Shown: positions 35,572 through 44,430 of the stretch, piece after piece
Numbering within the stretch: position 1 is the stretch's first letter
How the letters are laid out: each line of letters begins with the position of its first letter
DNA from: Planctomycetota bacterium
GTDB taxonomy: Bacteria; Planctomycetota; B15-G4
Length of the DNA: 64,000 nt
NCBI GenBank assembly: GCA_965248575.1
Contig: CBDFJQ010000002.1
Location: 1,376,001-1,440,000 of the forward strand
Direction of reading: 5' to 3'
The notes under the pieces: generated by a model
Database searches by the model: none
The model's input: only the letters and a program-made list of their open reading frames with translations
What the model was told of the DNA's origin: nothing
Made by a program: the position numbers and the translations under genes

Positions 35572-37464
35572 TCAGGCTTCGGTCCAGGTCTTCTTCCAGC
35601 TGCCTTGGACGGTCAGGGTGACGGGAGTGCCGGCGGCGCGTAGCTCCACCAGGTGGCCCCGTTTCGTGAGGTCGGCGCCATCGGCCTGGACGTCCACGTC
35701 CTGGAGTGCGACCGGGAGTTGGTAGCGCGCGAGGCCGTGGACATTCTCCAACCTCAAGACGTCCGTCAGGCGCACGCGATCCTCTTCGAACGTGTAGTGG
35801 CGTTCCGTGCCGGTGCCGGGGACCCGCTGGCCCCGACCATCCGCCAGCGCCCCTTTGAAGGTGACGGACTGGCCGTCGAACTCATGCTCGGTCTGGATGT
35901 CCTGGTGCGCGGCGCACCAGGGGCTCGACTCCTGCACGCTGCGCACGAGGACGTGCCGCCAGGGGTAGGCCAGGCCGCGCAGCAGACCGTGGCGCGCCTT
36001 CAGTTCGATGCTGGTGACGTAGAGTCGGAAGCGGACGTCGCTCTTCTCTGCCTTCAGCCAGCGCACCCAGCGTGCGGTACGGGACCCAGCTTTCGACGGG
36101 CGCAGGAGAAAGCTCCCGGGTCGCTCACGCTGGAAGCGCACGCGCGGCACGTCTTCCCGGCCTGGTGTGCGACCGTCGCTGGCCCATACCAGGGACTGCA
36201 GGCTTCCGCCGCCCAGGTCGCACCCGAACAGGTTGCTTGCCCCCAGGCTCTTGCCACGCAAGATTGCGGTGTAGGCGATGCGCTCCACGTGCAGCAGGCC
36301 CGAGTGCGCCAGGTCGATCGTCATGGGTTCGCGCGGGGCAGCGCGCAAGGACACATCGGACAGGACCCTCGCCGCCCAGGCGGCGTGCCCCGTCCAGAAG
36401 ATGCGGCACTGGAAGTTCACACCGGCGCCGTGATGGCTGTCTGCGCCTCCGTCCAGGGGATCGATGTGGGCGACCCACTCCTCCATGGCGCGACCGGCTT
36501 CATTGGCGAACATCGGTTCGTTCAACACCCGAGAGCCCGTCTGCAGCGCGTACGCGTCAAAGGGGTGGCTGGCGACTTCGTAGGCGCTGACCCAGTACCA
36601 GGCCTTGGCCTCGTTGTGCAGGACCTTCCGACCGAGCCCATCCCGGAAGGCCACAAGCGCCCGCAAGCTGGTCGTCAAGCGCTCGCGAGCCCAGTCACTC
36701 AGGCTGGCATCCACACCCTCCATCCGCTCCAGCACCTCGTGCACATAGAGCACGAAGCCCGGCGTCCGGGAGTGGTAGAAGGTCGAGGTGTCTGCCAACC
36801 CTGGATGGGTGCAGTGGTCCGTGTGCGCAGGGATGTACGGGGCCACCCCGTCCGGGGCCAACTCAGCGAGGGCTGACGCACAGCCCGTGAGAGCATCTTG
36901 CGCCCAGTCCTTGCGCCCCAAGCAGCGCGCGGCGCGGGCCACGCCCGTGGCCGCCCACAGGCGCTGCGCGGTAATAGGCCGCTCCCGAGCGGCATGCCTC
37001 AGATAACCCTCAACGTGTCGTTCCAAAGCATCCCGGCAGCGGGCCGTCTCGGATTCATTGAACAGCTCCGGCACGTCCTCCAGCAGCGTGGCGATGGAGT
37101 CCGCGCACGCCCCGCCATCAATGGCATTGGTCGACGCGTTGCGGTGGTCAATGCGTCCCGGAAGGAAGACGGGCACCTTGCTCTGGGGGTCCAGACCCAG
37201 GTGATCCACGCTGCGGAGCACCTGGCGCTTGCCGCGCTCGAGGAACTCCTCCTCGCGCGTGTTGCGCCAGGCCTCGAGGTTGATCACCGCGCCATACGTC
37301 AGCTTCCCCGTGTGCTCCACCCGATGGCGCGGGCACAGGCATTCGCCGTCGGGGCCCGTGTACTTCTCGAAGAAGTTGGACAGGCCCCGCAGGATCCCCA
37401 AGCGCAGTTGCACGTGATTCTTCATGCGCGTCTTGCCGCTACCAGGCGCAGGAGAAAGGCTCAC
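35572..37464 (-). CDS. Hypothetical protein, heparinase II/III-like architecture
   Basis: Helical N-half with LAPDG...DTSTFYH (compare heparinase-type DG...ExSxxYH) and a beta-rich C-half (ERHYTF...LTDVL). Coupled to the upstream GT4. Confidence 0.5.
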   Translation of the reverse strand: MSLSPAPGSGKTRMKNHVQLRLGILRGLSNFFEKYTGPDGECLCPRHRVEHTGKLTYGAVINLEAWRNTREEEFLERGKRQVLRSVDHLGLDPQSKVPVFLPGRIDHRNASTNAIDGGACADSIATLLEDVPELFNESETARCRDALERHVEGYLRHAARERPITAQRLWAATGVARAARCLGRKDWAQDALTGCASALAELAPDGVAPYIPAHTDHCTHPGLADTSTFYHSRTPGFVLYVHEVLERMEGVDASLSDWARERLTTSLRALVAFRDGLGRKVLHNEAKAWYWVSAYEVASHPFDAYALQTGSRVLNEPMFANEAGRAMEEWVAHIDPLDGGADSHHGAGVNFQCRIFWTGHAAWAARVLSDVSLRAAPREPMTIDLAHSGLLHVERIAYTAILRGKSLGASNLFGCDLGGGSLQSLVWASDGRTPGREDVPRVRFQRERPGSFLLRPSKAGSRTARWVRWLKAEKSDVRFRLYVTSIELKARHGLLRGLAYPWRHVLVRSVQESSPWCAAHQDIQTEHEFDGQSVTFKGALADGRGQRVPGTGTERHYTFEEDRVRLTDVLRLENVHGLARYQLPVALQDVDVQADGADLTKRGHLVELRAAGTPVTLTVQGSWKKTWTEA

Positions 37465-38507
37465 GGGAGACGCCTCATGTCCGCAACAAGACGTGGTACG
37501 AGCTTGTCGAGATCGTGTTCGGCCAAGACGCGCCCACGGAGTTCCTGCCCCAGCGACTCCCGATCGCCTGGGGACAGGGAGAGCAGGCGCTCCAGGCGCA
37601 TGGCCAGGCCTTGGATATCACCCTTCGAGAACATCAGCGTCGCCGCCAGCTCGGGGCCGAGCACCCGTTCAAAGGACTCGTTGCAGGTCAGCACAGGTGT
37701 CTCGCACGCCATGGCCTCGAGCACGACCTTGTCCACGCTGCCGGTGCGACTGGCGTTGACCAGGACTCGAGCCCGACGCATCACGTCGGCAATGTGGGGA
37801 TAGCTCACAGCCCCCAGCAGCCGCACGCCACCCAAGGCAGCCGCCTGGTGCCCCAAGCTCGAACGGTAGGAGACATCCCGATCGAGAAGGACATCTCCAG
37901 CGATCTCCACCTGCGTTTCGCCATCGAGCAGACTCACCGCCTCAAGGATCTCGTGGTGCCCCTTGCTCGGCGCCAGACGCCCTACCGACAGTACATCCAC
38001 GGGGCGCAAGGCATCACCCGGCCCGAAGTGTTCACAGTCGATGCCGTGGCCGGTGACCACGCGCTTGTCTGTGGCCGAGGCCAAGCGGAAGGACTCCTCG
38101 GAAGCGCTGAACACCCTGCGCACCAAAGGCACGGCCATCTTGAGCGCCCGATCCACCCCCTTGTGCGTGTACCAGAGGTAGAGGGGAATCCTGCGGGGAA
38201 CCGTGACGGGCGCGGCGTAGAGAACGAACTTGGGCACCATGTGCGCCAAGAGCGCGTCCGGCCGTCGCTCACCTCGAAGCCCCATCAGCACGCGGACCAG
38301 CCGGGCCTCCATGGCGAGCAGGCCCGCCCCCCGCTCCTTGCCCAGCGACCGGACCTCGACGTTGGCGGGTAGCTGGGTGTCCCCGACCCGCTGAGCGATG
38401 ACCGTGAGCTGCTCCACATTCTGGGCGAAGGATTCGCACCAGCGATGGAAGAAGCCCAGAACGGCATCCTGCCGGTCGAGCACTTGCGTCAGGAGGACGA
38501 TGTGCAT
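37461..38507 (-). CDS. Glycosyltransferase family 4
   Basis: GHGID, SVGRLAPSKG, TGSVDKVVLEAMACETPV. Confidence 0.9.
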   Translation of the reverse strand: MHIVLLTQVLDRQDAVLGFFHRWCESFAQNVEQLTVIAQRVGDTQLPANVEVRSLGKERGAGLLAMEARLVRVLMGLRGERRPDALLAHMVPKFVLYAAPVTVPRRIPLYLWYTHKGVDRALKMAVPLVRRVFSASEESFRLASATDKRVVTGHGIDCEHFGPGDALRPVDVLSVGRLAPSKGHHEILEAVSLLDGETQVEIAGDVLLDRDVSYRSSLGHQAAALGGVRLLGAVSYPHIADVMRRARVLVNASRTGSVDKVVLEAMACETPVLTCNESFERVLGPELAATLMFSKGDIQGLAMRLERLLSLSPGDRESLGQELRGRVLAEHDLDKLVPRLVADMRRLP

Positions 38508-39769
38508 GACGGCGCAGCATGACCGCTGTTCGCCATGGTCTCCAGCCCGGTCTCCAGGCCACTTTCCCGCACGGCTCTCAGCGCCTCATCGGTCACCAGG
38601 TCGGGGTCGATGGGAATCACCGACCCGCCCATGACCTCGGCGTAGATTTCTGCGAGGCGAGCCGCCACGGCCTGGGCCGTCATCTGGGGTCGCGGACGCA
38701 GGCGTGCAGCGGCCCCCATCGCCTGCCGCAGCTCGGGCTCCGCCGCCAGTCTTTCCAGCCCGGCTGCCAGACCGTTCACGCTGTCGGCTTCCGCGAGCAG
38801 GCCGTCCACACCGTGTCGAACCAACTCGGGCACTCCACCCACGGCACTGGCCACGACGGGCACACCCGCCTCCAAGGCTTCAACCAGGACTTGCGGCAAG
38901 CCCTCCCGGCGCGACGACTGCAGGAGCATGTCCAAGGCTCCGTAGACATCCCCCAACTGGGCCCGCCCCGGCAGGTGAAGGGCCCCCGGCAAGCCAGACA
39001 GCTGGTCACGGGCAGACTGATTGCCGCTCCCTTCGCCCACGACGAGCAGGCGCAGCGGTGCCCCTGCGGCCCGTGCCCGCCCGACCGCCTGCACGGCGAG
39101 GGGCAGGTTCTTCACCGGTTCCAGGCGACCGACCCAACCCACCAGCAGCTCGTCGGGGCGGACTCCCAGTTCTTCCCGCAACGCCGCCCCCGCAAGCTGG
39201 TCGGGCGCGGTCCGTTGGGCGTCGATGCCCGGAGGGATGATGGCGTATTGATCCCGGCGACCGACGTGGTGTTGGTCCACCAACTCGTCGCGCACGGCCT
39301 CGGCCACGGCGATCAGCTTGTCCGTGCGGCGGGCCAGATAGGATTCCGTCAGCGCGAAGGCCCGCGACGTCAGGCTGCCGAAGTAGCCCGAGAGAACGTG
39401 CCCATGGTAGGTGTGTACCCGACGGGGAGCGGGGTGCAGGGCTCCCGCCGCCAGCCGGCCGAGAACCCCGGCCTTGGCAGTGTGGGTGTGGACGAGAGCG
39501 GGTTTCACCTCACGCACCAGCCGACGCAGCGCCACGGCCGCCGCGATGTCCTGCCGAGGGCGCACGGCCCGGCCCAACTCGGGAATCACGTGCACGCGCA
39601 TGCCCGCCTCGCGGGCCTCATCAATCAGGTCGGCTTCACCCTCTTCGACGGAACCCGTGGCCAGGACCGTGCGCCAGCCGTGACAGCGCAAGGGTGCCGT
39701 GACCCGGATCACATGGCGCGCCGGCCCACCCATGTTCAGGCGAGCGATGACGCGCAACAGCTCAGGCAT
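38489..39769 (-). CDS. Glycosyltransferase family 4
   Basis: IARLNMGGPA, HTHTAKAGVLGR, VHTYHGH, VGRLEPVKN, EGLPQVLVEA. Confidence 0.92.
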   Translation of the reverse strand: MPELLRVIARLNMGGPARHVIRVTAPLRCHGWRTVLATGSVEEGEADLIDEAREAGMRVHVIPELGRAVRPRQDIAAAVALRRLVREVKPALVHTHTAKAGVLGRLAAGALHPAPRRVHTYHGHVLSGYFGSLTSRAFALTESYLARRTDKLIAVAEAVRDELVDQHHVGRRDQYAIIPPGIDAQRTAPDQLAGAALREELGVRPDELLVGWVGRLEPVKNLPLAVQAVGRARAAGAPLRLLVVGEGSGNQSARDQLSGLPGALHLPGRAQLGDVYGALDMLLQSSRREGLPQVLVEALEAGVPVVASAVGGVPELVRHGVDGLLAEADSVNGLAAGLERLAAEPELRQAMGAAARLRPRPQMTAQAVAARLAEIYAEVMGGSVIPIDPDLVTDEALRAVRESGLETGLETMANSGHAAPSCTSSS

Positions 39770-40688
39770 GTTGAAGCGCCTGCTTCAGGATGTCGTCCAG
39801 GGCCCAACGCGGCCGGAAGTCGATGCGGCGTCGCAAGGCCTTCAGGTGGGGTGCCCGGCGCGGCAAGTCCTCACGGCCTGCTTCGGCTGGTGTGCACGTC
39901 ACGCGCGCGCCGCGTCCAGCCAACTCCGCCATGCGCTGGGCCAGACCTGCAATGCTCGTGCGCTCTTCGGAACCCAGCTCGATGACTTCGAAGCCTTCCG
40001 CCAGGGGTGCTCGCAGCAGTGACAGGGTCGCCGAGACGCAATCATCCACGTGCAGGAAGGAACGCTGCTGGACGCCCGTGCCGTGCACCGGCATCTCCTG
40101 GCCAGTGCGGGCGGCGACGGCCATGGCCGGCAGGACCATCCCGGGAGCGCATTGTCCAGGCCCCACGATGTTGAACGGGCGCACGATGGTGACCGGCACC
40201 CCACCGGGTTGAGCCGCTTGCTCCGACAGGAGGGCTTCCGCCGCACGCTTTGCTTCGGCGTAGATGGAGCGCGGCCCCCGCCGCCCAGCATCTGTCACTT
40301 CGCTGGTGGAGAAGAAGAGCAGCGGAGCGCCCGCCCTGCGGGCAACAGCCAACGCGACGTCCGTCCCCTCAAGAATCACGGAGCCGGTGCGGGCGGGGTC
40401 GGCCAGAACAGCCTCCACGCCCACCACGGAAGCGAGGTGTACCACCGCATGCACACGGGTGGCACCGTTCATGTCAGCGGCGAACGCCCCCGCGGCCGTC
40501 TCCACGGGTGCCTGTCGCCGGACGTCCCCCACGTGGACCCGCAAGTGCGGGTGCTCTGGAAGCGGCAAGCTGCTGGGAGCCGAGAAGTCATCCAGGACGC
40601 TGACCCGGTCGCCAGCCTGCAAGAGCCGGCGCACCAAGTGCGTGCCGATGAACCCAGCACCTCCGGTGACGAGCAACGTACGTGTCAT
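39762..40688 (-). CDS. NAD-dependent nucleotide-sugar epimerase/dehydratase (extended SDR)
   Basis: [46 protein letters not shown]. Confidence 0.9.
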   Translation of the reverse strand: MTRTLLVTGGAGFIGTHLVRRLLQAGDRVSVLDDFSAPSSLPLPEHPHLRVHVGDVRRQAPVETAAGAFAADMNGATRVHAVVHLASVVGVEAVLADPARTGSVILEGTDVALAVARRAGAPLLFFSTSEVTDAGRRGPRSIYAEAKRAAEALLSEQAAQPGGVPVTIVRPFNIVGPGQCAPGMVLPAMAVAARTGQEMPVHGTGVQQRSFLHVDDCVSATLSLLRAPLAEGFEVIELGSEERTSIAGLAQRMAELAGRGARVTCTPAEAGREDLPRRAPHLKALRRRIDFRPRWALDDILKQALQHA

Positions 40689-40847
40689 GAATGGCCTTGG
40701 ACGAAGAAGGGGCTGCTCATCGTCCCACTGCCCCCGTCCTGATTTCCAGCCTTCTTCACGCTGCCACGACTCGTGGGGTGCTGGGCCTTGCCCGGGGCCA
40801 AGCCGTCCAGGACCTCAGAGCCCGCCTGGGACAGGACCCAGCCCCTG

Positions 40848-41537
40848 TCAGACCCGACTGGCGTGGGCCTGGACGAAGACGGCAACAGCTCCAAGCCAAT
40901 CCGGCATGGGCCCCAACTCCCGTTCATCCCGCTTGCGTCGCGCGAAGGAGTGATCCCCGCCAGGAATGAGCAGGAGTTCCGCCCTGCTGAGTCCGCCGAC
41001 CACGGCCTCGAGTCGCTCCAAGTTGGCCAAGGGGTCGCGGGTCCCGGAGATGAACAACTGAGGCACCGACACCTCGGAAAGATGATCCGCCCGTTCTTTG
41101 CCTGGCTGGCCCGCAGGGTGCAGGGGATAGCCCAGGTAGACAGCCGCCCGCACCTGGGGTGCCCGGCCCGCCGCCAACACCATCGAAGCCACGCGCCCGC
41201 CCATGGACTTGCCAGCCATCACGAGCGGGCCTGCACCCGCCATCTTTCCGACCCGGTCGAGAATCGCGCACCACGTGTCCAACAGCAAGGGAGCCCGGTC
41301 CGGCGGACGGCGACTCCCGTCATCCACTCGCTGCTGCATGTAGGGGAAGTGGAAACGCACGACGCAGAATCCGCGCCGCTCGAGCTCCTGGGCAGTGGAC
41401 TCCATGAAGGGGCTGTCGAGTGCAGCACCCGCGCCGTGTGCCAGCACCAGCACCGGGCGTCCATCCAAGCTGCCTTGGCGCCGCCAGGCCGCGGGCCGCC
41501 CAGCAACCTGGAGACTGCCTCTCGATGTGCGCGCCAT
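40848..41537 (-). CDS. Alpha/beta hydrolase (KANL3/Tex30-like)
   Basis: LAHGAGA, GKSMGGR, LGYPLHP, SGTRDP, GGDHSF give a Ser-Asp-His triad. Start approximate. Confidence 0.85.
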   Translation of the reverse strand: MARTSRGSLQVAGRPAAWRRQGSLDGRPVLVLAHGAGAALDSPFMESTAQELERRGFCVVRFHFPYMQQRVDDGSRRPPDRAPLLLDTWCAILDRVGKMAGAGPLVMAGKSMGGRVASMVLAAGRAPQVRAAVYLGYPLHPAGQPGKERADHLSEVSVPQLFISGTRDPLANLERLEAVVGGLSRAELLLIPGGDHSFARRKRDERELGPMPDWLGAVAVFVQAHASRV

Positions 41538-41733
41538 GATCATGGCCCTCGTCATTCCGTGTCGGGCAGCCCGACATACAGGAAGCCTCTGACATCCAGG
41601 GCCCCCCGGACATGCAGAAGCCCCCCGAAGCATGGGCGCTTCGAGGGGCTTCGTGTGTCGAGCCCGCACGCCGTGGGCGTGATGCGCTCAACTCATGCTC
41701 TGTTCGATTCGGAGCGAAACGCCCCGAACAGGA

Positions 41734-42057
41734 TCAGACCATGTCCTTCAGGTTCTTCAACGGCGTGGTCTTGACGACCTTCCGTGCGGCCTTCGCCTTG
41801 AACATCATCTCTTCGCCCGTGAAGGGGTTGATGCCCTTGCGTGCCTTGACGGCAGGCTTGCTGACGACCCGGCACTTGACGAGGCCGGGAATCGTGAAGA
41901 CGCCCGGGCCACGACGGCCGAGGTCCTTCTTCATGATCAAGCCCATCTCGTCGAACACGGACACGACCTCTTTGCGGGTCAGGCCAGTGTTCTCGGAAAT
42001 GGTTTTCAGGATGTCGGTCTTGGTGCGCGGCTTCGCGGCTGCCTTGGTAACGGCCAT
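41734..42057 (-). CDS. HU-family DNA-binding protein
   Basis: TKTDIL...TGLTRKEV...FTIPGLVK...KARKGINPFTGEEMMFKAKAARKVVK. Confidence 0.9.
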   Translation of the reverse strand: MAVTKAAAKPRTKTDILKTISENTGLTRKEVVSVFDEMGLIMKKDLGRRGPGVFTIPGLVKCRVVSKPAVKARKGINPFTGEEMMFKAKAARKVVKTTPLKNLKDMV

Positions 42058-42442
42058 CTCTGTTGTCCTCTGCTTGGATTCGTGTGGGGTTTGCACTCAT
42101 CAATAGAAGTGTGTCGAGACACTACCGGCGAAGATCAGCTCCTTCAAGCAGCGGATTCCCTATGTTTTTCGAGGTTTCTGACGGATTTTCGGGATGGCTT
42201 CCGCGAGCCGGCCCTGTTCATCGCCGGCGGGAGGGTGCCGCGCGCCGGCCGGCAGCTCCCGTCACGAGGGGTGCTGAGCGGGTCCGGCCCGGGTGCATGC
42301 GGGGTGTGACGAGGGGCGCCGGAAGTCCCGAAACACTCCCTCCTCGCCGACAATCTGGCAGCTCCCCTGACACGCTCCTGGTGACGTAAGCAGCGCGCTG
42401 GACGGAACCTGCGGGATCGTCCTGCTCCCTTGTGCTTCCTTG

Positions 42443-42528
42443 TGGGGGCGCCGGGGCTCGAACCCGGACGGCCCATGCGGGCCAGGGGATTTTAAGTCCC
42501 CTGCGTCTACCAGTTCCGCCACGCCCCC
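42443..42528 (-). tRNA. tRNA-Leu(TAA), CCA not encoded
   Basis: rc GGGGGCGTGGCGGAACTGGTAGACGCAGGGGACTTAAAATCCCCTGGCCCGCATGGGCCGTCCGGGTTCGAGCCCCGGCGCCCCCA; anticodon TAA; long variable arm. Confidence 0.95.
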
Positions 42529-42645
42529 TACGGAAGACCGACACAGATTCCTGCGTGAAACCGCTGAGTTGCGCAGGCTAGCAGCCCAGCGCCACTCCAC
42601 TCCAGGACGGGCTGGCTCGGGCCCGCCCTCCCAGTCTTTTTGGGG

Positions 42646-44346
42646 TCACCCGGCCCCCTTCGCCTCCAGCTCCTGCTCCCGCAGCGTGCGCCTCAGTAGC
42701 TTCATCATGGCGCTCTTGGGCAGGTCGCTCCGGAAGGCAAAACCCCTGGGCACCTTGTAGGCCGCGAGGTTCTTGCGGCAATGCGCCTCGAGCTCTTCTG
42801 CGCTCACCTGCATGCCGGGCTCGAGCACGACGAAGGCCTTGACCGTCTCGCCCCGCTTCTTGTCGGGTAAGCCAATGGTGCAGGCCTCGGCGACGGCCGG
42901 ATGGTCCGTCAGCACATGGTCGATCTCGTCCGGGAAGATGTTGTAGCCGCTGGCCAGGATCATGTCCTTCTTGCGGCCCACGATGCGGAAGTAGCCCTGC
43001 TCATCCATGGTGGCCAGGTCGCCGGTGTGCAGCCAACCATCCCGAAGTGTCAGCGCCGTTTCCTCTGGGCGATTCCAGTACCCGGACATGACCTGCGGTC
43101 CCTGGATCACCAACTCCCCCTCTTGGCCGGGCGGCAACACCGTCGTCCCGTCCTCGAGGTCGACGATGCGGCAGTCGGTGTCGGGAAACGGCAAACCCAC
43201 GGTTCCCGTCTTGCGTTGCCCCAAGAGGGGGTTGGCGTGAGTGGCTGGCGAACTCTCGGTCATGCCGAACCCTTCAAAGATGCGCGCGCCTGTCTTTTGC
43301 TCGAAGCGACGGCGGGTGTCTTCGGGCAGTGGCGCCGACCCACTGAAGACGGCCTTGACGCTCGTCAGGTCCATGCCCTCCACGCCGGGGTGAGACACCA
43401 TCGCACCCAACATCGCCGGCACGGCGGGGAACACACTGACACCATGCTTCGCGATGGAGGCGAGCAACGCTCCCGTGTCACGGGGGTTGGGCGCCAAGAC
43501 GATCGTCGATCCCAAGGCGATGGGCTCGTTCAGTGCAATGGTCATGCCGAAGATGTGGAAGTAAGGCAGCGCCGCGAGGAAGACCTCCTCGCTCACCTCG
43601 AGGTCGGCCATCCAAGCGCAACACTGGTCCACGTTGTGCACCAGGTTGCGGTGGCTGAGCATCGCAGCCTTGGACACGCCTGTCGTCCCACCGGTGTACT
43701 GCAACACGGCCAGGTCCGATGGGTCGATGTCCAGGAAGGCGCAGGGCTGGGTTGCCTCCAAGGAGGCCTTGAAGGGATGCAGGTTCTCGCCCTTGGGGAA
43801 GGGTGCGATGGCGGGCGGATTCTGCTTGCGCAATTTGAAGGGAGCGAGCTGCTTCAGCGGGAAGCGCAGGAACTCGGGAATCGAAGCGATGATCACGTGC
43901 TTCACAGGCGTGGAGGGCAGGGCCGACCGTACAGATCGTTCGAACAGGAAATCAGTGGTGACAGCCAGCTCGCAGCCGGCGTCCGTCCACTGGTGCACGA
44001 TCTCCCGCGCCACGTAGAGCGGGTTGGTCATGACCACCTGAGCCCCACAGGCCAGGGCTCCGTAGTACGCGATGACCGTCTGGGGCAGATTGGGAAGGTG
44101 GATTGCCACCCGAGCCCCCGGCTTCACCCCCAGCGAGGCGTAGACACCTGCCATGCGGGCCACCAGCTGCTCCAGCTCGGCGTAGCTGATGCTGGCGTTG
44201 AAAAAGACCAGCGCGCTGCGACCCGGGGAGCGACGCGCCGAGCGCTGGAGAAGGCCCGGAACACTGAGGTCTTCCCGGTCGACGATGGATGCGGGCACAC
44301 CTTCATCGTAGTGCTCGTGCCAGACCCGTTTGTCCATCGCAGACAC
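42646..44346 (-). CDS. Long-chain-fatty-acid--CoA ligase (FadD-like)
   Basis: LQYTGGTTGVSK, EGFGMTE, GWLHTGD, GRKKDMI, YKVP and the terminal catalytic Lys region. Confidence 0.92.
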   Translation of the reverse strand: MSAMDKRVWHEHYDEGVPASIVDREDLSVPGLLQRSARRSPGRSALVFFNASISYAELEQLVARMAGVYASLGVKPGARVAIHLPNLPQTVIAYYGALACGAQVVMTNPLYVAREIVHQWTDAGCELAVTTDFLFERSVRSALPSTPVKHVIIASIPEFLRFPLKQLAPFKLRKQNPPAIAPFPKGENLHPFKASLEATQPCAFLDIDPSDLAVLQYTGGTTGVSKAAMLSHRNLVHNVDQCCAWMADLEVSEEVFLAALPYFHIFGMTIALNEPIALGSTIVLAPNPRDTGALLASIAKHGVSVFPAVPAMLGAMVSHPGVEGMDLTSVKAVFSGSAPLPEDTRRRFEQKTGARIFEGFGMTESSPATHANPLLGQRKTGTVGLPFPDTDCRIVDLEDGTTVLPPGQEGELVIQGPQVMSGYWNRPEETALTLRDGWLHTGDLATMDEQGYFRIVGRKKDMILASGYNIFPDEIDHVLTDHPAVAEACTIGLPDKKRGETVKAFVVLEPGMQVSAEELEAHCRKNLAAYKVPRGFAFRSDLPKSAMMKLLRRTLREQELEAKGAG

Positions 44347-44430
44347 CTCCCTCGCGCCGAAGCGGCGCAGTCTATCAACGCGCGACGAAGATCCTCAGCA
44401 AGGCTGCCAGGTCCCTTGGCCGGTCGAGGC

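Noticed and set aside
40685..40927. 80-aa ORF between the hydrolase and the epimerase
   Set aside because: It overlaps the hydrolase 3' end and has no motif; probably spurious.
42262..42600. tRNA-Leu as an integration site bounding the glycan locus as a genomic island
   Set aside because: No integrase and no duplicated tRNA 3' end were seen, and the flanking genes (HU, fadD) are housekeeping.
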